A program made the translations under genes and the position numbers. From NCBI GenBank assembly GCA_037137535.1, contig JBAXKC010000046.1:1-18152 (forward strand): a DNA stretch of 18,152 nt, in the 5' to 3' direction. Shown here in pieces: positions 6,938 to 16,452 of this stretch. This DNA comes from a bacterium (GTDB taxonomy: Bacteria > Cyanobacteriota > Vampirovibrionia > Gastranaerophilales > JBAXKC01). A model generated the notes under the pieces. The model did not search any database. It had not been told where the DNA came from and saw only the letters and a program-made list of their open reading frames with translations. The first letter of the stretch is position 1, and every line of letters begins with the position of its first letter.

Positions 6938-9340
6938 TTAACCTGAACCAATAAGCTCCAATCCTTCATTGATTTTTTGGTTTATTTTTTTGTCTAAAAC
7001 AGGAAAATCTTCTAAATTATATTTATTTATAAAATCAAAAGCTGTATCCCTTGCTAATTCAAGAATATCTGCATCTTCGCATAAGTCGGCAAGAATAAGA
7101 TCAGGTAATCCGCTTTGTTTTGTTCCCATAAATTCCCCTGGACCTCTTATTTGAAGATCACGTTCGGCAACAATAAAGCCGTTAGTTGTCTGAACCATAA
7201 CATCTAATCGCTCTTTTGTGTCAGGTGATTTAGTCTCAGCTATAAGAACGCAGTATGACTGAAGTTCATTTCTTCCTACACGACCTCTTAGCTGATGTAG
7301 CTGAGAAAGTCCAAATCTTTCCGCATTTTCAATAATAATAGCAGTCGCATTAGGCACATCAACTCCTACTTCAACGACTGTTGTGCAGACAAGAATATGG
7401 TATTTGCCCGCCCTGAAGTCGTCCATTACTTTTTCTTTGTCGGCAGAAGAAAGTTTTCCATGCATTAAACCTATATTCAAGTCTGAAAACTCTCCTTCTT
7501 GAAGTTTTTCAGCTTCTTTTACAGCAGCTTTTGCCGATAAAGTTTCGGATTCTTCTATTAAAGGAAAAACAATATAGGCTTGATGACCTTTTTCAATTTC
7601 TTTTCGTATTAGTTCGTAGGCTTTTTTCCGCTCTTTATTTGAAATAAAAGCAGTTTTAACGGGTTTCCTTCCCGGTGGAAGTTCATTTATAATTGTATTG
7701 TCTAAATCTCCGTGAACAGTCATTGCGAGTGTTCTAGGAATCGGAGTTGCGGTCATTGTTAAAAGTTCGGGATTTCTTCCTTTGTTTTTAAGCCCTGTGC
7801 GTTGTTTTACACCAAATCTATGTTGTTCATCAATAACGACCAGTCCAAGGTTATTAAACTCAACACCCTCTTGAATTAAGGCATGTGTTCCTACCGCAAG
7901 GTTAATCTGACCGTTTTTAAGGTTTTGAGCCTGTTCTCGTCTGACTTTAACGCCATGCTTTCCTATGAACAGCCCTACGCTTATCCCTAATGGGGTTAGC
8001 CAGTTTACAAAGTTCTTATAATGCTGTTCCGCAAGAATTTCTGTTGGCGCCATAATAGCTGCCTGATAACCATTTTCAACCGCTGCTAACATAGACATAC
8101 ACGCTACAACCGTTTTACCGCTACCGACATCGCCTTGAAGAAGTCTTTGCATCGGTTCGGGATTTGATAAATCAGCCATAATTTCATTAAAAGCATCATT
8201 TTGTCCTTGAGTGAGCGTAAAAGGTAATGACTTTATGAATTTTTCAACTAATCCTTTTTCTTTTACATTTAAAACAAGTCCTTCGGAGCATAATCGGCTT
8301 TGTTTTCTCATATATGCAAGTCTTAACTGGACTAAAAACAGTTCTTCAAAAACAAGCCTTCTTCTTGCAGCAGCAAGCATTTCCTGACTGTCGGGGAAGT
8401 GAATTTGTTTAATAGCCTCTTGTTTAGAAATTAATTTAAGCTCTGCCTCTATAAATTCAGGAATAAAATTAATGATTTTCTCGCTATATACCTCAATAGC
8501 ATTATGAATAGCAGTTCTTAACGTTTTAACATGCAAATTTTCAGTTAAAGGATAAACAGGAACAATTCTCCCTACATGTAGCGAATCACTTGATGTTGCG
8601 TCAAAGTCACCGCTTAAAATTTGTTCTTGAGCTTTTTCAATTATATAGGTATTTTTAAAATTATCGTATTTTACACTTCCTGATAAAATTACTCCTGAAC
8701 CAACTTTGAATCGTTCTTTATATTTATCCAGCATATATTTATTTGATTTTGCATAAAACCAGCTTGCAGAGGCTATTCCTGTTCCATCGTTAACTAAAAT
8801 TGAAAGAATAGTAAGATTATTTCGTTTCGGACTTGTAAAAGCGTTAACTGATTTAATTGTTCCAAAAATACTAACTTCTTGACCTATTTCAAGATCACAA
8901 ATTTTAGTTCGGTTTGCAAAGTCCAGATGTTTTCTTGGAAAATAATGAAGTAAATCATTTGCGTTAAAGATTCCTAATTTATTTAATATTGCAGAAATTC
9001 TTGGGCCTACTCCTTTAACGTACATAACATCAGCATCTTCAGGATTTGCTACAAACTTATTTTTCTTTTCAATAGTTTGCTCGTCTTCCTCGGGGGCTTT
9101 CAAGTATGAAATAAGCTGTTTTACCGATTTCATTCTATATGCAACATCCATTTGAGGATATCGCTGAAACGTTTCAAAAAGATTTGCCCATTTTTCACTT
9201 TTTGGCTTAATTCGTAGATGATTTTTTATTTCGCCACAAATAAATTCTGAAAAAGTACAAGTTCTTCCGCTAATATTTATATATCTATGCGTATCTTCTA
9301 CGTCAATGGCTTTTTTAATTGTTTCAATATTTTTTAACAT
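6938..9340 (-). CDS. recG: ATP-dependent DNA helicase RecG with N-terminal extension
   Basis: VKGVGP and DLLHYFPR wedge-domain start, PVYPLT, RRRLVFEELF, RLLQGDVGSGKT (motif I), DEQHRFG (II), MTATPIPRTL (III), QLRGRVGR (VI), DLQIRGPGE. Confidence 0.97.
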   Translation of the reverse strand: MLKNIETIKKAIDVEDTHRYINISGRTCTFSEFICGEIKNHLRIKPKSEKWANLFETFQRYPQMDVAYRMKSVKQLISYLKAPEEDEQTIEKKNKFVANPEDADVMYVKGVGPRISAILNKLGIFNANDLLHYFPRKHLDFANRTKICDLEIGQEVSIFGTIKSVNAFTSPKRNNLTILSILVNDGTGIASASWFYAKSNKYMLDKYKERFKVGSGVILSGSVKYDNFKNTYIIEKAQEQILSGDFDATSSDSLHVGRIVPVYPLTENLHVKTLRTAIHNAIEVYSEKIINFIPEFIEAELKLISKQEAIKQIHFPDSQEMLAAARRRLVFEELFLVQLRLAYMRKQSRLCSEGLVLNVKEKGLVEKFIKSLPFTLTQGQNDAFNEIMADLSNPEPMQRLLQGDVGSGKTVVACMSMLAAVENGYQAAIMAPTEILAEQHYKNFVNWLTPLGISVGLFIGKHGVKVRREQAQNLKNGQINLAVGTHALIQEGVEFNNLGLVVIDEQHRFGVKQRTGLKNKGRNPELLTMTATPIPRTLAMTVHGDLDNTIINELPPGRKPVKTAFISNKERKKAYELIRKEIEKGHQAYIVFPLIEESETLSAKAAVKEAEKLQEGEFSDLNIGLMHGKLSSADKEKVMDDFRAGKYHILVCTTVVEVGVDVPNATAIIIENAERFGLSQLHQLRGRVGRNELQSYCVLIAETKSPDTKERLDVMVQTTNGFIVAERDLQIRGPGEFMGTKQSGLPDLILADLCEDADILELARDTAFDFINKYNLEDFPVLDKKINQKINEGLELIGSG

Positions 9341-11325
9341 TCACATTTATCCGTACTGATTAACTGGATAACTTCATATATATTTAGCGGTTCGCTTTTT
9401 CCTTTTACATAAACGGAGCTTATTTTTATAACATCTAAACAAGTTTTGACTCTTTGATATGTATATTCACTTATTAAAAGTTTAGTATTATATAGCTTAT
9501 TAAACGATTCTAATCGACTTGCAAGATTGACCGTATCACCGATAACGGTGTATTCCATTCTTTCTTCAGAGCCTATATTACCGATAAAAGCAACTCCCGT
9601 ATTTATGCCTATTCCTATTTCAACTTTAGGTTTGCCCTCTTTTATCCATTTTTTTTGAAGCTCTTTTACTTTTCCAATCATTTCATAAGCACATTTAACC
9701 GCTTCATAAGGATGATTTTTATTATCGTCTTCTGTTCCAAAGACCGCAAGAAGAGCATCACCCATAAATTTATTTAGAATACCGTTATTTCTCCCGATGA
9801 TAGGTATCATTTCGCTAAAATACAGATTTAAAATAGCGCTTACTTCTTCGGGTTCAATATTTTCTGAAATCTGCGTAAAATTTCTTATATCTGCAAATAA
9901 AACCGTCATTTCTAAACGTTTCCCGCCTAATTTAGCGGTTCTTTTATTGGTGAAAATATCATCCATCACTTTATTTGACATATACTTTGCCATAACAGAC
10001 TGAATTTGCTTTTTATGACGACTTTCTAATAAATATTTTACACCATATCCAATAGTCATCGAGCTGATTGCAAATATAGGCGGAGTTACTATATCAATAG
10101 CAAAATTATTAATATAACTGAAATAACATATTTCAAAATAAATAAAACTTATTAATGCAATTATAATTGCGCTATATATGGGAGAAAGAGCGAAAATTAT
10201 TATAAAACAAGCAATTAAGGTAATAAGTAAAATCAACACATCTATAAGCAAGGAATGAGTTATAGCCTTTTTATCCATTAAATTATTTATAGCTGTTGCC
10301 TGAATGTAAACTCCAGGGTAATCTCTTCCCATTGGGGTTGACTTTATGTCTTTGAGCACAGTTGAAGTTGCTCCGAAAACAATGGTTTTGCCCTTAAACT
10401 CATTTGGATTTATAAGAGGAGTTTCTCCTTTTTTTATTTGTTCAAAAGAATGTATTATTTTCCATGCACTGTATGTTTTATATGGCAGATAGTGATTATT
10501 TTTATACCATTTTAAATAAATATAACTTGATTTTTTATTACTTATTAGAGGAATATTTAATTTGTTTTTTCCGATTAAAGTTAATCGGTTATTGCTTAAA
10601 TTGAATTTTTTAAATCCGTTTATTTTTGAATATAAGGCAAGAGAAAGCGAGGGGTAATAATTATTTTTATATTTGATAATTGGCTCAAATTTTCTTATTA
10701 TTCCATCAGAATCAGGCTCAGTTAATACAGATCCTAATGAAATATTTTTATTTACAAGCTCAGGAAGAGAATAGGAGCAACTGTAATAATTGCTGTTTTT
10801 AATTATTTTTTTTGATCTTTTGTCGTTAATATCTAAAGAATTAAACTTTTCAAAATTTTCATGTACTTTGTTTTCAAAACTTAAATCAAAAAAGCCTTTT
10901 TGTTTTGAATAAAATGTCCCCATGTTTAACTTTATTAATTTCTTCGCCCTGTTAAAAAATTCTAAATCCTCTTTAGGATTAGAATAAGAAAAAAGATATG
11001 AATCAAAAGCTATTGCTTTAACTTTCCCATAATTTTCAAAATATTCAAAAACATCCGTATAAAGGGATCTTTTCCATGGCCATCTTCCTATTTTATTTAA
11101 GGATTGGTCATCGATTGTAACTATAACAATGTTCTTTGAAGGTTTATCTGATGCTGTTATATTTGATAGAAAATCATATGCTTTAAGCTCAAGAAAACTT
11201 TGACAAAGAACATATATCAAAATATAAAAAATTGCGGATATGACTACAACAGTAAAAAGTTTTAACTTGGAAAGATTTTTAAGCAGTTGTAGAAGCATTT
11301 TCAAGTTCAGTGTTTTCATTTTCAT
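9334..11325 (-). CDS. CHASE2-domain membrane class III adenylate cyclase
   Basis: N-terminal TM; CHASE2 motifs (IVIVTIDDQSL, GRWPWKRS, DSDGIIR, YPSLSLAL, GKTIVFG, PGVYIQATAINNL); three TM helices; catalytic motifs VLFADIRNFT, NKFMGDA, GIGINTG, EYTVIGDTVNLASRLE, VKGK. The start is uncertain (Met at 11325, 11319 or 11298). Confidence 0.93.
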   Translation of the reverse strand: MKMKTLNLKMLLQLLKNLSKLKLFTVVVISAIFYILIYVLCQSFLELKAYDFLSNITASDKPSKNIVIVTIDDQSLNKIGRWPWKRSLYTDVFEYFENYGKVKAIAFDSYLFSYSNPKEDLEFFNRAKKLIKLNMGTFYSKQKGFFDLSFENKVHENFEKFNSLDINDKRSKKIIKNSNYYSCSYSLPELVNKNISLGSVLTEPDSDGIIRKFEPIIKYKNNYYPSLSLALYSKINGFKKFNLSNNRLTLIGKNKLNIPLISNKKSSYIYLKWYKNNHYLPYKTYSAWKIIHSFEQIKKGETPLINPNEFKGKTIVFGATSTVLKDIKSTPMGRDYPGVYIQATAINNLMDKKAITHSLLIDVLILLITLIACFIIIFALSPIYSAIIIALISFIYFEICYFSYINNFAIDIVTPPIFAISSMTIGYGVKYLLESRHKKQIQSVMAKYMSNKVMDDIFTNKRTAKLGGKRLEMTVLFADIRNFTQISENIEPEEVSAILNLYFSEMIPIIGRNNGILNKFMGDALLAVFGTEDDNKNHPYEAVKCAYEMIGKVKELQKKWIKEGKPKVEIGIGINTGVAFIGNIGSEERMEYTVIGDTVNLASRLESFNKLYNTKLLISEYTYQRVKTCLDVIKISSVYVKGKSEPLNIYEVIQLISTDKCEC

Positions 11326-12310
11326 CTGCCATTTCTGACTCTTTTATAAGGTCAAAATCTTCTTCCTCGATTTCAATATCTGCAGAAAGTTTGTTTAATT
11401 TAGTTTTGATGTAAGGAATAATACCGAAACATCCTGAAATAAGAACAATACTAAACCATAATAAACTGAATACAATTGCTTGAGGCTGTTTTACACCTAC
11501 AACACTCAAAAGTATTATATATGTAGCCTCTCTAGGACCAAGCCCGTTGAAAGAAAACGGTACAAATCCTGATATTGCGGTTATAGGGTATAAGACAAGA
11601 TAATATAAAAGAGGAATATGAATACTCATCGCATCAGCAATCGCTACATGGATTAATATAACTGTGAAATTGAAAAGCAAAGACCATAAGAGAGTTTTGG
11701 CAAACATATCAGGATTTTGCCAGTAAACACGAATATCTTTCAGCATGGTTCTTGCCCATTTTTTATTTTTAAATAATTTCATCATTAACGTTGGGAAAGT
11801 TGGTGTAATAAGGCAAATCAGCCCCATTAGCGAAAATGTAAGAATTTTAAAAGCAACAGGCACTTTTTCTGCTATAGGTAAAAACATTCCGACAGTTGCC
11901 ATTGCCACAATAACTATAACACCGCTGTATCTGTCCATAAGAACGGTATAAATCGAAGGAGCTTTTCTTTTGGCAGAATCACCTCTTGCCAGATATAATG
12001 CCTTTATGAAATCTCCTCCCACCGTTGTGGGAAGAAAAAGGCTAAAAAACATACCCATGAAATAATATTTTATATAATCTTTAGGCTTATTCCTAAAACC
12101 AACTGTTTCGCAGATTAATTTCCATTTAAACGAGCTTATTACTTGCCCTAAAAGATATACAGCTACACATAACACTAAAATTATATGATTAGTTTTTACC
12201 AATGCTTCCCATATTTCAGAAACATCAGTATTTGAAACTAAAAGCCATACTAAAAAAGCACTTATTGCAATTCTTATAAATAGTTTCAGCAGTTTAGACG
12301 CTTTAAACAT
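11279..12310 (-). CDS. Lysylphosphatidylglycerol-synthase-TM (UPF0104, flippase-like) integral membrane protein
   Basis: About 8 hydrophobic segments, with family motifs KW..I, YFMGMFFSLFLPTTVGGD..K, MDR..G and PFSFNGLGPRE, and an acidic C-terminal tail. SD-like AAGGG lies upstream. Confidence 0.85.
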   Translation of the reverse strand: MFKASKLLKLFIRIAISAFLVWLLVSNTDVSEIWEALVKTNHIILVLCVAVYLLGQVISSFKWKLICETVGFRNKPKDYIKYYFMGMFFSLFLPTTVGGDFIKALYLARGDSAKRKAPSIYTVLMDRYSGVIVIVAMATVGMFLPIAEKVPVAFKILTFSLMGLICLITPTFPTLMMKLFKNKKWARTMLKDIRVYWQNPDMFAKTLLWSLLFNFTVILIHVAIADAMSIHIPLLYYLVLYPITAISGFVPFSFNGLGPREATYIILLSVVGVKQPQAIVFSLLWFSIVLISGCFGIIPYIKTKLNKLSADIEIEEEDFDLIKESEMADENENTELENASTTA

Positions 12311-12386
12311 CGATTGTCCCTTGTTTCTACTTTTTATACAGGATTATTCTGAATATCAATAAAATTGCACAGAGTCGTTCAGAAAT

Positions 12387-12395
12387 ATTATAGCA
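12387..12395 (-). promoter_or_regulatory. Extended -10 promoter (TGcTATAAT) for the flippase-cyclase-recG run
   Basis: Plus-strand ATTATAGCA at 12387-12395 reads TGCTATAAT on the minus strand, about 75 nt upstream of ATG 12310, in the longest internal intergenic gap. Confidence 0.55.
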
Positions 12396-12509
12396 AATAG
12401 TATATTATTTAATCTATAAACTTTATCCTAATTTGATATTAAACTAAATTTAATTTTATGTCTAACAAGGGAAAAAAGAACTTTTACATTTGTTTTCGAG
12501 AAGATGTTA

Positions 12510-14306
12510 TTATTCGGTTTCCGACAAATTGATTTTCTCAAGCTGCTTCGCATCAAGCAAGCTTATGTCAGGTGTTGCATAAAAAGTTGTTTCATTAGAA
12601 TAAATAACAAATCCCGGTTTTGCGGCAGGAGGTTTTTTCAAAAATTTTCTTTTTGTCATAATAATAGGCACTTTTGAAGAATCTCTGCCTTTGCTGAAAT
12701 ACGCTGCAAGCAGAACCGCTTCTTCAATTGTGGATTGAGGCACTTCCTCTTTGCTGTCTTTATCGGTTTTAATCAATATATGAGAGCCGGGCATGTTTTG
12801 TGTATGAACCCATATGTCATTAGGAAAAGAAAGCTTTGAAACGATATAATCGTTTTGCTTATTATTTTTACCGATTAAAATTTTATAATTGTCTTTTGAG
12901 ATATAGTCAAAGACTGACATTTTTTCTTTCTCAGGCTTTTTCTTTTTACTTTCTTTGATGGGAGTAACTTTTGTAAGTCCCTGTTCTGCAAGTTCTTCGT
13001 TTACTTGGCTAAGTTCAATAATTGTTTGAGCTTGTTCGATTGATAAAAGTACCGTTTCCAGATATTTAATTTCGTTTTCAGCTTTTTCCAGAAATTCAAG
13101 ACTTACCCTTGCTGCGCCTTTAGCTTTATTATAAAGTTTGTAGTATTTTTGGGCATTATCATTAGCGTTAAAAAGAGGATCAAGCGTTATTTCAACAGGT
13201 TTATTCTCATCAAAAAGGTTTTCAAGAGTTACTTTCGCTTCTCCTTGCTTAATTCTGTAGATATTAGCCAGTATTAAGTCCCCATATTGCCTGTATTTTT
13301 CTTCTTTTTCGCTGCTGTCTATCTTTTTAAGATATTCATCTCTTTTCGTTTTTAATTTTTTAAGTTCTTTTTTTACGGTAGAAGAAAGATTGTCCCTCAA
13401 TCTTTTTAGTAAATCGTTATAAATATGTCGTCCGAAATATTCATCCACCATACTGTTTACTGACTCACAATCAGCCCAGTCAATGGATCTATCTGTTGCA
13501 AATAGTGAATATAAAGAATTATCGGCACTTATGGATGGCCTTATATGTTGAAGTTTAAGTAAATCAACAGTTGTTTCGTATAAATTTTCAAATTTTACAG
13601 ATGAAATTGAGGTTGCACTCGTTTTATCTGCTTGTATTTCACAAAAAGAACAAAGTTCATTTGCAAGAGCCAAACTTATATTATGAAAAGTTTTATTCAT
13701 CCATGAATTTATCTGAAGATTAATCAGTGAAACTGATTTAATAAATTCTTCCATTGGAATATTTAATAAATTAAGTTTATTTTGTTTTGGAGGATAAACA
13801 TACGGCATTCCTCCTGCAAGCTCTCGTTCTCTGCTTTTTTCAGCACTTATCGGTCTTACGCAGCCTGAAATCATCTTTTTATCTTCGCTGTAAAGGATTA
13901 TATTACTATGTTTTCCCATTAATTCAACAGCAAGAACAAAGCCAACTCTGTCGCCCAGTTCATTATAGCTTTCAAAATATATTTCAATAATTCTTTCGTT
14001 TTCGGGCTGATTAATGTTGTTTATTTTTGCATTTTCCATATATTTTCTAAGCAACATGCAAAACATTGGCGGTTTATCAGGCATTTTGAAATTTCTTTGT
14101 TTTTCGCCTGTTTTGGAAAGAACCGCAATATGTGGATATTTAGCGTTTACGTTTATGTAAAGCTTATGAGTACCGCCTTTTGACCTTATAGTTATTAAAA
14201 GCTCATTTTTAGAGGGCTGTTGTACTTTTTGAACTCTTCCGCCTGTGAGAGAGTCATTATATTCAGTTACTAATAGCTTTAAAGCTAAAGAATCAAGGTT
14301 AATCAT
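12510..14306 (-). CDS. rqcH: NFACT-family ribosome quality control protein (RqcH/Rqc2; FbpA/PavA-like)
   Basis: GGRVQKVQQP, PPMFCMLLRKY, ERII, ELMGKHSNIIL, NAQKYYKLYNKAK coiled coil, and NFACT-R motifs GKNNKQND, WVHTQNMPGSH, AAYFSK, KKPPAAKPGFVIY. Length 598 aa is typical. Confidence 0.92.
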   Translation of the reverse strand: MINLDSLALKLLVTEYNDSLTGGRVQKVQQPSKNELLITIRSKGGTHKLYINVNAKYPHIAVLSKTGEKQRNFKMPDKPPMFCMLLRKYMENAKINNINQPENERIIEIYFESYNELGDRVGFVLAVELMGKHSNIILYSEDKKMISGCVRPISAEKSRERELAGGMPYVYPPKQNKLNLLNIPMEEFIKSVSLINLQINSWMNKTFHNISLALANELCSFCEIQADKTSATSISSVKFENLYETTVDLLKLQHIRPSISADNSLYSLFATDRSIDWADCESVNSMVDEYFGRHIYNDLLKRLRDNLSSTVKKELKKLKTKRDEYLKKIDSSEKEEKYRQYGDLILANIYRIKQGEAKVTLENLFDENKPVEITLDPLFNANDNAQKYYKLYNKAKGAARVSLEFLEKAENEIKYLETVLLSIEQAQTIIELSQVNEELAEQGLTKVTPIKESKKKKPEKEKMSVFDYISKDNYKILIGKNNKQNDYIVSKLSFPNDIWVHTQNMPGSHILIKTDKDSKEEVPQSTIEEAVLLAAYFSKGRDSSKVPIIMTKRKFLKKPPAAKPGFVIYSNETTFYATPDISLLDAKQLEKINLSETE

Positions 14307-14309
14307 AAT

Positions 14310-15155
14310 TTAAGCCTTTGGATACGAACCCAATAATCTATAAAAGTTAATCATGGGTTTAATTAACTCTAACGCAGAAGAAACTTTTTCATCTTTTATA
14401 TGACCTTCAAAATCAACAAAAAAGATATACTCTCCGAAAATTTTCTTTGAAGGTCTTGATTCAATATAGCAAAGACTTATATTGTAATCTTTAAATATAT
14501 TCAAGACTTTCACGAGGCATCCTGTTTCATTTTTTGTGGAAAAGGCAATTGAGGTTTTATCGTTGCCTGTTGCTTCTGGAATATAATTATCAATCATTAC
14601 AAATCGGGTTTTATTTTCAGCAATATCATTGATTTCTTTGTCTACAATATGTAGTCCGTAAATGCTTGCTGATTTCTCAGTCCCTATTGCTCCAATTTCA
14701 TCAGCAGTTTCAGTTAAACTTTTTACTGCTGCGGCTGTGCTGGAAGCATGTTCAACAATAATATCTGAAGATAACTTTGTATTAATATAATGTTGGCATT
14801 GAGCAAGAGCTTGAGGATGAGAAACAATCTTTTTAATTTTATTTATATTATCTGTTTTACTTATCAAACAGTGTGAAATAGGAATAACTTTTTCACAAGT
14901 TATAAATAAATCTTCCGAAGCTCTTAATAAATTATCGACAGTTTCTCTTACTATTCCTTCAATTGAGTTTTCTATAGGTACAATTCCCGTAAGACTTTTA
15001 TCTTGACTTACCGCTTCAATTACTTTGATTATTGAGGTTTTAATCATAGTCGCCGGATTTGTTAAATTTAATGACATGAGAAATTTATCAAGGGCTATTT
15101 CTGTATAAGACCCCTGTGGTCCAAGATATACGAAAGTTTTAGTCGGTAAATTCAT
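14310..15155 (-). CDS. pheA: Monofunctional prephenate dehydratase (PDT + ACT)
   Basis: YLGPQGSYT, VPIENSIEG, SHPQALAQC, SSTAAA, catalytic NKTRF, ACT-domain IESRP and LGSYP. No chorismate mutase domain. SD AAGGA lies upstream. Confidence 0.95.
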   Translation of the reverse strand: MNLPTKTFVYLGPQGSYTEIALDKFLMSLNLTNPATMIKTSIIKVIEAVSQDKSLTGIVPIENSIEGIVRETVDNLLRASEDLFITCEKVIPISHCLISKTDNINKIKKIVSHPQALAQCQHYINTKLSSDIIVEHASSTAAAVKSLTETADEIGAIGTEKSASIYGLHIVDKEINDIAENKTRFVMIDNYIPEATGNDKTSIAFSTKNETGCLVKVLNIFKDYNISLCYIESRPSKKIFGEYIFFVDFEGHIKDEKVSSALELIKPMINFYRLLGSYPKA

Positions 15156-15184
15156 AAAAATCCTTATAAGCTGATTATAATATA

Positions 15185-16333
15185 TTAACGATAAAGTTTT
15201 AATGATTTAGGATATTCTAAAGACTTAGGCTCTGTTTTTTTATCTTGAGGCTTTTCTAAATCTCTGCTTTTTATAAGGCACATAAAACCTTTTTTCATTT
15301 GTCCGAATTTGAAATATACATTTGCAAGAACATTATAATCTTCCGCATTTTTAGAGCCTTTATTAAAGGCTATATTTGCATATTTTAAAGAATTATTTTT
15401 ATCATTTTTTAAAGAATATGCATAGGCAAGTCCTGTAATATATTCAACTTTTTGTGGATTTATCTTATAGGAATGAGAGAAACTTTCAATCGCCATATCA
15501 GCTTGAGAAAGATAAATATTTGCCACTCCATAATAATACAAGGCTTTTTCATTTTCAGGATCAGCTTTTACAGCTATTTTTAAAACCTTTGCAGCTTTTG
15601 TATATTTTGCTTCGTTTAAATAAACCTCTCCAAGTTTTAGATTTGTTTTAGGATTATTTGGATTAAACACTTTACTAAAAGTTAATAAATTTTCGCTTAT
15701 TTTAAGTTTGACTTTAGGCTTAGAGGATAAAACCCATAAAAACCCTGAATATAAGATTAAAGAAGACAAAGTCAATATAAAAATATTTTTGAGCTGTAAA
15801 GAGTGTTTCTTTTCTAATAAATCATCAAATCTGTCTTTATTTAACTCAATTTTATTTTCATTATTAACAAAGCCTATTATTCGCTCAAATAAATCGTCTT
15901 TTTTTTCATATAAATCAATAGAAATTGATAATTTTTTATCTGCTTTACCTATAACGTTAAGGATATTAAAACCCATTAATGTCCATGTTTTACTATAATC
16001 AGCTTTTTCAATATGCGTAAGATCAATAACCTCAAAAAGTTTCAGCTCAAAAATTTCTGCTAAAATGAAAATTAAGCGTTCCTCTGTAATAACAATTTTA
16101 GAAGTTAATGCAAAAAGAATAAAAGTTAAGGTGGCTAATGCAAATACATAAGCTATAGGTGTATTATAAAGAAAAATATGCATAATTTGGAAAGATTCAT
16201 TTTGTTTAAAATAGCCCGCAGTTAATATTAATAAAAATACAGCTGATAAAACGGTAAAATTTCTATTATATTTGACTTTATACTCTTTTAAGCTCGATAA
16301 ATCTTTTTTTATTTTAAATTTCTCTATTTTCAT
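15185..16333 (-). CDS. Membrane protein with C-terminal TPR repeats
   Basis: Two N-terminal hydrophobic segments, a beta-rich soluble region, a third TM (IFILTLSSLILYSGFLWVL), then about 4 TPR-like units (LGEVYL..AKY..A, ALYYYGVA, LAYAY, YNVLANVY with DP/NP turns). SD GAGGG at 16344-16340. Confidence 0.8.
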   Translation of the reverse strand: MKIEKFKIKKDLSSLKEYKVKYNRNFTVLSAVFLLILTAGYFKQNESFQIMHIFLYNTPIAYVFALATLTFILFALTSKIVITEERLIFILAEIFELKLFEVIDLTHIEKADYSKTWTLMGFNILNVIGKADKKLSISIDLYEKKDDLFERIIGFVNNENKIELNKDRFDDLLEKKHSLQLKNIFILTLSSLILYSGFLWVLSSKPKVKLKISENLLTFSKVFNPNNPKTNLKLGEVYLNEAKYTKAAKVLKIAVKADPENEKALYYYGVANIYLSQADMAIESFSHSYKINPQKVEYITGLAYAYSLKNDKNNSLKYANIAFNKGSKNAEDYNVLANVYFKFGQMKKGFMCLIKSRDLEKPQDKKTEPKSLEYPKSLKLYR

Positions 16334-16395
16334 ATAATTCCCTCAAAAAATTAAAACATGCAATTTTTGGTGGTGTTTTGTTTTATTAAATTCAG

Positions 16396-16416
16396 TATAA
16401 TAGAATATGTTAAAAT
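16396..16416 (+). promoter_or_regulatory. Candidate -10 elements (TATAAT 16396-16401; extended TGtTAAAAT 16408-16416) in the divergent intergenic region
   Basis: Consensus matches 35-55 nt upstream of ATG 16453. No clear -35, and the context is AT-rich. Confidence 0.4.
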
Positions 16417-16452
16417 ATGAAATCGTTAAAACTGATAGGAACGAAAAGTTAA

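Noticed and set aside
10429-10813. Poly-T/A runs of 7-8 nt as phase-variation tracts in the cyclase
   Set aside because: Such runs are expected in DNA this AT-rich, and the frame is intact.
12317-12472. 9-bp inverted repeat (TCCCTTGTT/AACAAGGGA) covering the flippase-gene RBS, as a riboswitch or anti-SD
   Set aside because: The distal arm lies upstream of the predicted promoter and about 140 nt away, and no known riboswitch motif is recognisable. It could matter only in read-through transcripts.
6080-15998. Short plus-strand ORFs (6080, 6325, 6969, 9797, 11745, 13787, 15454, 15708)
   Set aside because: All lie antisense within well-supported genes and show no motifs.
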